NCBI GenBank assembly: GCA_022843175.1
Contig: JALHOE010000007.1
Coordinates: 20,675-84,674 of the forward strand
Source: Deltaproteobacteria bacterium
Lineage (GTDB): Bacteria > Myxococcota_A > Polyangia > Polyangiales > JADJMO01
Length of the DNA: 64,000 nucleotides
Direction: 5' to 3'
Positions 13,013-21,152 of the stretch are shown here, piece by piece. The notes beneath the pieces were generated by a model. It saw only the letters and a list, made by a program, of their open reading frames with translations. It was not told the DNA's origin and searched no databases. The position numbers were made by a program, and so were the translations under genes. Every line of letters starts with the position of its first letter. Position 1 is the first letter of the stretch.

Positions 13013-15328
13013 GTGGTCCGCGAGGCGCGGATCGCGATCGCTGACGCGACAGGTTACGGTGCGGCCGTGTCGGAACAGCGCCGTACCACCACGGACTTCG
13101 ACGGTCGTCAGCACCGCGGCGCCCGCGAGGCCTACGAGCGCTACCTCGCCGGCATGGACGGCTCGATGCGCCAGAAGATCGCGCTCACCGCGGCGCACCT
13201 GCTGTGCGTCGGCCGCGTCGCCGACATGGGCATGGGCTCGGGCTCGGGCAGCCACGCGCTCGCGCAGCTGCACCCGGCCCTCGAGGTGGTCGGGGTCGAC
13301 CTCGATCCGAGCGTGGTCGAGCTCGCGCGCGAGAAGTACCGCTTGCCCAACCTGAGCTTCGTGTCCGGCGACATCGCCGAGGACGTGTTCCCGAAGAGCT
13401 CGCTCGACGGCATCCTCAACTCGTCGGTGCTCCACCACGTCACGTCGTTCTCTGGCTACGAGTACGAGCGCGCGGCTCACGCGCTCGCAGTGCAGGCCCG
13501 CGCGCTGCGCGTGCACGGCACGTTGATCGTCCGCGACTTCGTCGCGCCCGACGACCTCACGGTGACGCTCTCGGTCCCCGACGACGACGGCGACGAGTCC
13601 GAGGATCCTCGTCGCTGCTCGACCGCCGCGCTGCTGCGCCGTTTCTCGCGCGAGTTCCGCGCGCTGCACCCGGCGCCCGGGTTCCCCATCGACTGGCTCT
13701 CCCCGACGAGCGCGCGCCTCTCGCTGCGTCACGCGACCGAGTTCCTCCTCCGGAAGGACTACCGCACAGACTGGGAGAGCGAGGCCAAGGAGGAGTACGC
13801 GTACTTCACGCAGGCAGAATTCGAGGCGTGCCTCGCCTCGCTCGGCATGCGCGTGCTCGCGTCGACGCCGATCGTCAACCCGTGGATCGTGCAGCACCGG
13901 TTCGAGGGCAGGGTCCGGATCTCGACGCCCGACGGTCAGGCCGTCCCCTGGCCGGCCACCAACACGCTGGTGGTCGGCGAGAAGGTGGAGCACGGCGAGG
14001 GGGTTCGCTTCCGCGACGCCGGCCCACACCCTGCGCTCGGGTTCCTCGAGCTGACCGCGTTCCGCGATCGCCGAGACGGCAGCGTGCGCGATCTGGTGCG
14101 ACGCCCCAACGTCACGATTGACGTCGTACCGTTCTTCGAGACCGACGGCGCGCTCTTCGTGCTCGCGCGCATGAGCTATCCGCGTGCGATTCTCGCGAGC
14201 GCCCCGCCCTCGATCGACGGCGCACGCTCGCCTCACTACGTGACCGAGCCGCTCAACGTGCTCCAGACCGACCGCAGCCTCGGCGAGACGGTCGAGCGCA
14301 TGCTCCGCGATCACGCGGCGATCGAGGGCGAGCGACTACGCGGCTTCTTCTCCGGTGCGACCTACTACCCCTCGCCGGGCGGCACCCAGGAGGAGGTGCG
14401 CTCGGTGCTCGTGGAAATCGATCCGGTGCTGGTGCGCGAGAGCGTGCCCAACGTCTCCGGGTTCAGCACCTCTGGACGCGTGCGCGCGATCGAGGCCGAG
14501 CAGGTGCTCCGCGCCGCCCAGGTCGGCGGCCTTCCCGACGCACGGCTCGAGCTGAACGTCTACGAGTTGCTCCTCGGTCGAGGCCGCGGCCCGGGTCCGT
14601 GGATCGGGGAGCCGCTCGCGATCGGCGAGGGCGCGATCGCGCACGTCTCGACCCTCCGCTCGATCGCGGCGCGTCCGCGCCGACGGGTGTTCGCGCGGGT
14701 CGACGCGCCGGCCCGGTTCCTCGAGGTGCGCTGTCGTACGTTCGAGGAGCTCGACGCCGACGGCGTGGTCGTCGCCTCGGCGCCGCTCGAATACGTGCTG
14801 CCGCGCACCCGCGGTCTCGTCACGATCGCCTGCGCGCTCGTGACGAGGCGCGATGGAGTCGCCCACCTCGGCGTCATCGACGACGACCTCCCTGCTGCGC
14901 AGTGCTTCCTCGGCAACAGCCAGCTGCTCGTCGCGCCGGCGTGGAGGCTGCCGCTCGACACGCGCGACGTACTGCGCGCACGCGCGTTCGTCACCGAGCG
15001 TTTGCAGGACGATCTCGGCGTGCAGCTCGGGGCCGTCACCGAGCTGGGCGGGCGCTACCACCCGTCGCCGGGGCTCTCGCCCGAGGTCGTTCACCCCCTC
15101 GCCATCGAGGTCGTGCGCGACGCGGGGACGGCGCTCACGTGGATCCCGCTCGCGGAGCTCGCCGCGGCGCGCGGCGAATTGCTCGACGGACACCTACGAA
15201 TCGTCGCCCTGCGCGCGGCCCACGCGCTCGGACTGCTCACCCCCGCGGACGCGATGGCGAGCGCGCCCGAGGCGAGCGCGGCTTCGACGCGCGCTTCTTG
15301 GGTGGCCGGTCGCCGATCCCGGACATGA
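13013..15328 (+). CDS. Class I SAM-dependent methyltransferase fused to about 450 aa carrying two degenerate Nudix-like modules
   Basis: Methyltransferase motifs VADMGMGSGSG, VVGVDLDP, FVSGDI, LDGILNSSVLHHV. Two C-terminal repeats end GATYYPSPGGTQEEV and GGRYHPSPGLSPEVV. Start uncertain (GTG 13013 or 13067). Confidence 0.7.
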   Translation: MVREARIAIADATGYGAAVSEQRRTTTDFDGRQHRGAREAYERYLAGMDGSMRQKIALTAAHLLCVGRVADMGMGSGSGSHALAQLHPALEVVGVDLDPSVVELAREKYRLPNLSFVSGDIAEDVFPKSSLDGILNSSVLHHVTSFSGYEYERAAHALAVQARALRVHGTLIVRDFVAPDDLTVTLSVPDDDGDESEDPRRCSTAALLRRFSREFRALHPAPGFPIDWLSPTSARLSLRHATEFLLRKDYRTDWESEAKEEYAYFTQAEFEACLASLGMRVLASTPIVNPWIVQHRFEGRVRISTPDGQAVPWPATNTLVVGEKVEHGEGVRFRDAGPHPALGFLELTAFRDRRDGSVRDLVRRPNVTIDVVPFFETDGALFVLARMSYPRAILASAPPSIDGARSPHYVTEPLNVLQTDRSLGETVERMLRDHAAIEGERLRGFFSGATYYPSPGGTQEEVRSVLVEIDPVLVRESVPNVSGFSTSGRVRAIEAEQVLRAAQVGGLPDARLELNVYELLLGRGRGPGPWIGEPLAIGEGAIAHVSTLRSIAARPRRRVFARVDAPARFLEVRCRTFEELDADGVVVASAPLEYVLPRTRGLVTIACALVTRRDGVAHLGVIDDDLPAAQCFLGNSQLLVAPAWRLPLDTRDVLRARAFVTERLQDDLGVQLGAVTELGGRYHPSPGLSPEVVHPLAIEVVRDAGTALTWIPLAELAAARGELLDGHLRIVALRAAHALGLLTPADAMASAPEASAASTRASWVAGRRSRT

Positions 15329-16031
15329 GCTCGACGATCAGCTTCCTGCGAAGGTGGCGGATCAGCTCTCCCATCAGGTTGACCACGGCCTCGAGGAGGC
15401 GGTCGGGGGGCAGGGGCAGCTCTCGACCCCGCGTGCGTTCCGCAAACAGCGAGACCTCCTCGGCGACGAGCCCGCGGACCGCACGGAGGTACACCCCGAG
15501 ATCGCTCGTCGGAAAGAGCGTACGCGACAGGCCGAGCGCACGCGCTCGCGCGACGGCTTCGACGATGGCAACGTCGATCGGCGCGTAAAGAGGCGACCGC
15601 GGGCCGCCCCCCGGGGAGGTGAGCTCGAGGGCGCGCAGCTCGTCGAGATCTTCTCGCGTGATCCCCGTGCGCTCGACGAGCGCGCGCTCGGTGATCGCAT
15701 CGCCCTGCTCCTCGGCGTCGAGTGCCTTGGCCGCCTTCGCCTCGAGCTCGACGAGGCTCGGCACCGCGTCGTGCTCCACGGATCCGCCCGAGACGATCGA
15801 TCGAATCATCGACAGCGGGAGCCGCCGCTCCTCCTGCAAACGGCGGACGAGGCGAATGCGCGGGACGAAGGAGGCGTCGTAGTACGCCATGTTGCGGGAG
15901 GTCTTCATCGTGGGGCGAGGCAACAGCCCCTCGCGGATGTAGAACCGGATCGTCCCCACGGACACGCCGCTCCTGCGCGCGAGCTCGCTGATCTTGAGGA
16001 GATCCTCGGGCGCCGTCACGATCTCGGACAT
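15237..16031 (-). CDS. MerR-family transcriptional regulator
   Basis: ISELARRSGVSVGTIRFYIREGLLPRP...MAYYD is the MerR helix-turn-helix. The ATG at 16031 is preferred to TTG at 16055. Basic Pro/Arg/Ser C-terminal tail. The 3' end overlaps the convergent methyltransferase gene by 92 nt. Confidence 0.85.
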   Translation of the reverse strand: MSEIVTAPEDLLKISELARRSGVSVGTIRFYIREGLLPRPTMKTSRNMAYYDASFVPRIRLVRRLQEERRLPLSMIRSIVSGGSVEHDAVPSLVELEAKAAKALDAEEQGDAITERALVERTGITREDLDELRALELTSPGGGPRSPLYAPIDVAIVEAVARARALGLSRTLFPTSDLGVYLRAVRGLVAEEVSLFAERTRGRELPLPPDRLLEAVVNLMGELIRHLRRKLIVELMSGIGDRPPKKRASKPRSPRARSPSRPRG

Positions 16032-16051
16032 TGGCGTGTTTCCCGCCGCGG

Positions 16052-17482
16052 TCAACGGCCCGGCAGCGAATCGACGACAAAACGCAGTCGGCCGGTCGCC
16101 GCCTTCTCGAGGATGGTCGCGAGCTGGAACGGGATCCGCTGGGCGCCGATGTACACGTCGAGCGCGACCTTCGCCGCGTCCTCGATCGACGCGACCCGTC
16201 GCGCGTGTGCCTCGAGCAGGGTCGGCAGGAAGCTACCGAACGTCCCGACCACGTCGATGTTCGGATCGATGAGGCGGGCCGAGCCGTCCATGTTCGCGAG
16301 GCTCTTGCAAACGAGCGCAACGATCGGCGGGGCCTGGATGCCGTGCTTCGTCGCGTTACGCAGCAGATCGACGAGCAGCGTCCCCACGTTGAGCCGCTCG
16401 AGGCGCATGCCGTGGTACTTCGGCAGCAGCCGCCGGACGTCCATGATCCACCCGATCTCGTCTGCGTGGGACGTCGGCTTTCCGATGTCGAGGAACGCAT
16501 GGGCGACGCCATGACTGTCCTTGAGCTGAAAGTTGAGCAGCACCCGCACGAGGTTGTCCGAGACCTGACGCTCGATTCGGCCGACCATGCCGAAGTCGAG
16601 CATGACGAGCGAACCGTCCTCTTCGACCAGCAGGTTCCCCGGGTGGGGATCGGCGTGGAAGGTTCCATCGACGAAGAACATCTGGAAGTACGCGTGCGCG
16701 AGGATCCGGGCGAGCTCGCCGCGCAGGTGATGGGGAATGCGCGCGGCGCCGCCGTCCCCGAGAGGGCGCCCCTCGACGAGCTCCATCACCAGCATCGACG
16801 AGGTGGTCAGGTCCTCGAACACCGTGGGGACGCGGAGTCGCGGCGCCCAGCGCGCGAGGTTGCGGCCGAAGACGATGAGGTTCTCTGCTTCGCAGCGGAG
16901 ATCGATCTCCTCGCGGAGCGTCCCCGCGAGCTCCTCCACGGTCGTGCGTAGGTCGTAGACGTCCGCGTCGATGACGCGCTCCGCCTGACGTGCCAACACC
17001 TCGAGCACCGCGACATCGAGCTCGACGCTCTGGACGACCCCGGGCCGCCGGATCTTGACTGCGACGTGGCGGCCGTCGCGAAGCACCGCGCGGTGCACCT
17101 GCGCGAGGGACGCGCAGGCGAGCGGCACGCGCTCCACGGATTCGAACACCTCGCGTCCGAGCTCGCGCGCGTGCTCGGCGAGCGCCGCATCGACCTCGGG
17201 TCGGGTCATCGGCGTCGCGTGGCTCTGCAAGCGCTGGAGCGACGACATCGTCTGCGAGGACACGAGGTCGGGCCGGGTGGACAGCAGCTGGCCGAGCTTG
17301 ACGAAGACCGGCCCGAGGCGCTCCAACCCGGCGCGCAGCAGGTCGGCGTCCGACGCGGTCGGGTCCTCGCGCTTGTGCACGACGCCGAAGGTGGCGAGTC
17401 GTGCCCGCGCCGTGGTGCGAGCGAAGGGGAGGAGCGCCGCGACGATCTCGCAGACGCGGCCGGGGACCGTCGCGGCGCTCAT
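16052..17482 (-). CDS. ABC1/UbiB-family atypical kinase
   Basis: FVKLGQLLSTRPDLV, ASLAQVHRAVL, VAVKIRRPGV, FHADPHPGNLLV, MLDFGMVG. ATG at 17482. Confidence 0.9.
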   Translation of the reverse strand: MSAATVPGRVCEIVAALLPFARTTARARLATFGVVHKREDPTASDADLLRAGLERLGPVFVKLGQLLSTRPDLVSSQTMSSLQRLQSHATPMTRPEVDAALAEHARELGREVFESVERVPLACASLAQVHRAVLRDGRHVAVKIRRPGVVQSVELDVAVLEVLARQAERVIDADVYDLRTTVEELAGTLREEIDLRCEAENLIVFGRNLARWAPRLRVPTVFEDLTTSSMLVMELVEGRPLGDGGAARIPHHLRGELARILAHAYFQMFFVDGTFHADPHPGNLLVEEDGSLVMLDFGMVGRIERQVSDNLVRVLLNFQLKDSHGVAHAFLDIGKPTSHADEIGWIMDVRRLLPKYHGMRLERLNVGTLLVDLLRNATKHGIQAPPIVALVCKSLANMDGSARLIDPNIDVVGTFGSFLPTLLEAHARRVASIEDAAKVALDVYIGAQRIPFQLATILEKAATGRLRFVVDSLPGR

Positions 17483-17493
17483 CGCCAAGCGTC

Positions 17494-17703
17494 CTACTTC
17501 TTCGCGTCCTCGTGCTTCTTGTCCTCGAGCTCGCGCTCGCGAACCAGGTTCCGGACGAGGGTGCGCGTGTCGCGCTCTGCGCCCTCCCCGCGCTCGATGA
17601 CGTCGTCGACGACCTCCTCGATCGCGTCGGCCATGCGGCGGATGGCGCGGAACAGGGGCGTGCGGGAGCGCGGCTTCTCGGCGTGAGCAGTGGTGTGCGA
17701 CAT
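17494..17703 (-). CDS. Small charged protein (69 aa), unknown function
   Basis: ATG at 17703 lies 8 nt after AAGGAG. High G/C at codon position 3. Stop is 11 nt before the ABC1-kinase start. Highly charged helical sequence. Confidence 0.5.
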   Translation of the reverse strand: MSHTTAHAEKPRSRTPLFRAIRRMADAIEEVVDDVIERGEGAERDTRTLVRNLVRERELEDKKHEDAKK

Positions 17704-17757
17704 GGGGTTTTCTCCTTTAATAGTAGCGAGTGCTACTACGCACTATGTACATGCGGA
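17704..17757 (-). promoter_or_regulatory. AT-rich promoter/operator-like island with two overlapping perfect palindromes
   Basis: Minus strand reads TGTACA-N20-TACTAT-TAAAGGAGAAAACCCC-ATG. Palindromes TAGTAGC-ACTC-GCTACTA (17721-17738) and AGTGC-GTAGTA-GCACT (17729-17744). About 40% GC in a 70% GC context. Confidence 0.35.
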
Positions 17758-17880
17758 CCGCGGAGAGTCCCATGACGTCGGTCAGGTCGACCGCCGCGCG
17801 GGGGCTGTACTGCCCGTCGACCGTCGACCCATAGGCGCGCGCGTCAGCGAGCGCCTCGGTGATCGCACCCCTCGCACCGG

Positions 17881-17909
17881 TAGGCGCGCGCTGACGACGC
17901 GCGCGCCTA
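17881..17909 (-). terminator. GC-rich hairpin downstream of the C11 peptidase gene (11-bp perfect stem, 7-nt loop)
   Basis: TAGGCGCGCGC-tgacgac-GCGCGCGCCTA, 25 nt after the stop at 17934. No U-tract follows, so an intrinsic-terminator function is uncertain. Confidence 0.4.
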
Positions 17910-17933
17910 TCGCGAGCGGAAAGCGCTCTACAG

Positions 17934-20105
17934 CTAGGGGATCGTCGTCGACGACTTCCCCACGCCGACGTGGCCGTTGAAGTCCTCGGCGATGACGGTG
18001 ATGTCGTATTTGCCGGGGAGCATCGGGCGCTGCACGACCTTGAGGTCGTCGAGCTTGTCCCACTTGACCTGGATGAGCGGCACCTTGATCTGCGAGGACT
18101 TGCCGCTCGGATCGATGAGCGAGAAGCGCGGCTCGAAGGCGACCTTGCCGGGAGGCAGCTTGGCCGGGGAGAACGGCGTGTAGAACGTCTGGCCCTGCAC
18201 CTGGTCGATGAAGTAGCCGGAGAGCAGCTTGCTCCCGGCGTAGCCGCTCGAGCCCTTGGGCATCGAGAAGCGGAGCATCACCGTCTCCTCGGGGCCGCCG
18301 ATCACGCGCAACCCGACGTCGGCGTCGAACGACGTGGCGTCGACGCGCGCGCGGTTGACGACGAGCGGGAACTCCATGCCCCCCTTGCCCTGCAGCGTGG
18401 CGTACATGGGCGTCCACTTGGCCGAGACCGTGTTCTTGCCCTTCTTCCACGCGGTGACGCCGGGGCCCTCGGGGATCTTCTTGTAGAGCGAGGGATCGGT
18501 GACGCCGAAGATCTCGACCGGCACCTTGGTGCCGAGGAAGTCCTGCGAGATCACGACGACCGCGTTGCGGACCTCGCCGTCGATGTCGGCGGAGACCGGG
18601 CGCTCGCCGCCGAACGGGTTGCCCGCGTTCTTGCCGACGGTGATGTTGGTGACCTTCGGCGCCGTGGAGACGGCGAACGCGTTGCCGTACATCTGCAGGA
18701 GATCGGCCCACGGCGAGACCTTGCCGAAGGGCGTCTTGCGGTAGTGTGGGAGGCCCTTGGACACGACCTCGGGCGGCGGGAGCCAGATCGACATCCCGCG
18801 CGCGTGGGTGCGGTCGTCGCCGTTGTGCTTGTCGAGGCGCGAGGCGTCGAGCGCGGCGATGACCGCGGTGGCCGACGCCTTCGCGTCCGCCTTCGACGAG
18901 GTGTCGCGGACGACGGCGGCGACCTGCACGAGGTCGGCGAAGCCGTCCTTCGGGCCGCTGATCGGATCGGTGCGGGGGCCGAACGTGTCGACCACCTCGC
19001 TCGCCATGCCCATGGGGATCTTGTTGGACTCGAGGTCCTTCGCCATGATCTTGGCGAAGTTGTCGACCGCGACGCGCACCGCGCCGATCTTGCCCATGTC
19101 GAAGAGCGCGCTCGTGACCGTCGGGTCGTGCGCCTGGCTGCCCTTGCCGTAGCCGACGCGCATCGCGTTGACGAACGCCTTGCCCAGGCCGGCGCCGTCC
19201 ATCTTCGGGTTCTGCGCGAGGGCGCCGATCGCCAGCGTGTATTCGTAGCCGGGCCCCGGCTGCAGCTCCTCGCTCGCGACCCAGTACTTCACCGAGGGCG
19301 CGATCGCGTCGGCCACCTCGAGCGTGGACATGAGGCACGCGTCGGTGGCGAAGAGATCGAGCTTGGCGATGCCGGCGTCCTTCACGCCGCTGGCGAGCGC
19401 GCTCTGCATCTCGGTCAGCGACATCATGATCGGCTGCGGCTCGGGCGGGGCCTTCTCGTCGACGAAGCCGCCCTTCCACCCGGAGCCGTGGTCCTCCATG
19501 ATCAGCGCGTAGCGCTTGGCGGGGAACTTCTTGATGCCCCACACGAGGAAGTCGTGGAGCTCCTTCGGGTGAGACATGTCGATCTCACCGAGGTTGTCGA
19601 GCAGGAGTGAGTGGATGGTGGTCGAGCCGTCGTCGCGCGTGATGAAGTAGCGACGCGCCTCGTCCCAGTCGCCGTTGGTCTTGTCGTCTCGGCTCGCGGC
19701 CGGCGAGGCGGGGTGCGGGCGCCAGCGGTCGATCTCCATGACGACGTTGACGCCCTGCACGGAGCCGATGCGCTCCATCTCGTCGAGGTCGTCGAGGATC
19801 GGGCCCTCGAGGTCGTTGTCGGCCACGGCGTAGACGAGGACCGTCCACTCCGCGAGGCCGGGTTGCGGGCCGCTCACGGGGACGCCGGGGAGCGGACCGC
19901 TCCACTTGCCGCTCGACGTCGGCGCGGTGCTCGAGGGCGAGGACGGGCCGGTCGGGGCGCCGCCGCCGAACCCGGGGATGAGGCCGGGGGGGAGCTGCTT
20001 GGCCAGGTCGGGCGGGAGCGGCGGGAACCCCTGCGCGCGCCCCTTGGTGCCGAACGCCGTGGCGATCGCGAACAGTGCAACCGCCGCTGACTTGGTAATC
20101 CGCAT
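17934..20105 (-). CDS. Clostripain-like (peptidase family C11) secreted cysteine peptidase
   Basis: 723 aa. Signal MRITKSAAVALFAIATAFG. WTVLVYAVADNDLEG, YALIMEDHGSGW (catalytic His-Gly), LFATDACLMSTLEV (catalytic Cys). C-terminal beta-rich region of about 240 aa. Confidence 0.8.
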   Translation of the reverse strand: MRITKSAAVALFAIATAFGTKGRAQGFPPLPPDLAKQLPPGLIPGFGGGAPTGPSSPSSTAPTSSGKWSGPLPGVPVSGPQPGLAEWTVLVYAVADNDLEGPILDDLDEMERIGSVQGVNVVMEIDRWRPHPASPAASRDDKTNGDWDEARRYFITRDDGSTTIHSLLLDNLGEIDMSHPKELHDFLVWGIKKFPAKRYALIMEDHGSGWKGGFVDEKAPPEPQPIMMSLTEMQSALASGVKDAGIAKLDLFATDACLMSTLEVADAIAPSVKYWVASEELQPGPGYEYTLAIGALAQNPKMDGAGLGKAFVNAMRVGYGKGSQAHDPTVTSALFDMGKIGAVRVAVDNFAKIMAKDLESNKIPMGMASEVVDTFGPRTDPISGPKDGFADLVQVAAVVRDTSSKADAKASATAVIAALDASRLDKHNGDDRTHARGMSIWLPPPEVVSKGLPHYRKTPFGKVSPWADLLQMYGNAFAVSTAPKVTNITVGKNAGNPFGGERPVSADIDGEVRNAVVVISQDFLGTKVPVEIFGVTDPSLYKKIPEGPGVTAWKKGKNTVSAKWTPMYATLQGKGGMEFPLVVNRARVDATSFDADVGLRVIGGPEETVMLRFSMPKGSSGYAGSKLLSGYFIDQVQGQTFYTPFSPAKLPPGKVAFEPRFSLIDPSGKSSQIKVPLIQVKWDKLDDLKVVQRPMLPGKYDITVIAEDFNGHVGVGKSSTTIP

Positions 20106-20215
20106 CCCCTGACACTCCCTCTAGCCGAGACAGACGGCCGGACGGGGCGAAGACTTCAACGTTCGAGCCCGCCCCTCAAGCCGGACCGGGAGCGGGCTCG
20201 ACCGTTTGGGGTCGT

Positions 20216-21028
20216 TCACACGTCCAGCTTCATCAGCTCGTCTGCGTTGGGGAGGATCGCCAGCTCGACGCGGCGGTTCTGCTTCTTCTCGTCGGCCGAC
20301 TGCTGCTCGCGGGTGCCGGCGATGGGATCGAGGTCGCCGAAGCCGGCGGCGCTCAGGTTCTTCGGGTCGAGGCCGCCGCCCTCGGCCGGCTTGCCCTTGG
20401 GCGCCTTGGCCGGGTCGGTCGAGAGGAACGCGTAGACCTCGCGCGCGCGCATGACCGAGAGGCCGACGTTGTCCTTGAAGGGACCGACGTAGGGCGCGTT
20501 GTCGGTGTGGCCGACGATCTGGAAGTGGCGCTTGGCGAGATCGGGGTTGTCGCGGATGACGCCGGCGATCTTGCCGATGACGTCCTTACCCTCTTTGGAC
20601 AGGGTCTCCTTGCCGGGGGCGAAGAGGACGTCTCCCGGAAGGACGATCGTGATCAAGCCGTTGCGGATCTTCGTCTCGATGCCGAACTTCTTCAGCTCGT
20701 CGAGCTTGGCCTTGAGCGCCGCGAGGCGGGCCTTGAGCGCCTCGCCGGCCTTGGCGCGCGCCTCGGCGTCGGCGAGGGCCTTGGCGAGCTTGTCGGCCTT
20801 CGCGCCGGTGGCCGTGTTGGCCTCCTTGAGCGCCGCGACCTCCTTCTTGAGGGCTTCGAGCTCGGTCTCCATCTTCTTCTTCGCGGTGCGCTCGGCGTCG
20901 AGATCGCTGGTGCACTGCTTCGTCTTGGCGAGCTGCGCCTGCCACTCGTCTTCCGAGTAGCCGCAGCCGATCGCGCTGATCGCGGTGAACGAAGCGATCG
21001 AGAGAGCGAATATCCGAGTGCGTGTCAT
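20216..21028 (-). CDS. OmpA/MotB-domain lipoprotein with coiled-coil N-region
   Basis: ATG at 21028. Signal MTRTRIFALSIASFTAISAIGC. Coiled coil KKMETELEALKKEVAALKE...LAALKAKLDELKK. OmpA-like FAPGKETLS...IVGHTDNAPY...NVGLSVMRAREV...NRRVEL. Confidence 0.85.
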   Translation of the reverse strand: MTRTRIFALSIASFTAISAIGCGYSEDEWQAQLAKTKQCTSDLDAERTAKKKMETELEALKKEVAALKEANTATGAKADKLAKALADAEARAKAGEALKARLAALKAKLDELKKFGIETKIRNGLITIVLPGDVLFAPGKETLSKEGKDVIGKIAGVIRDNPDLAKRHFQIVGHTDNAPYVGPFKDNVGLSVMRAREVYAFLSTDPAKAPKGKPAEGGGLDPKNLSAAGFGDLDPIAGTREQQSADEKKQNRRVELAILPNADELMKLDV

Positions 21029-21152
21029 CGTGCCTCCATCGGTTCGGGAAACGGGCCCGCGCGTGCAGCACAGGTCGTACCGCCCCGTTTTCCCGCAGCG
21101 CAAGCGCCGATCGCGTGGGGCGATCTGGCGCTCGCGCGACACGATGTCGCAC

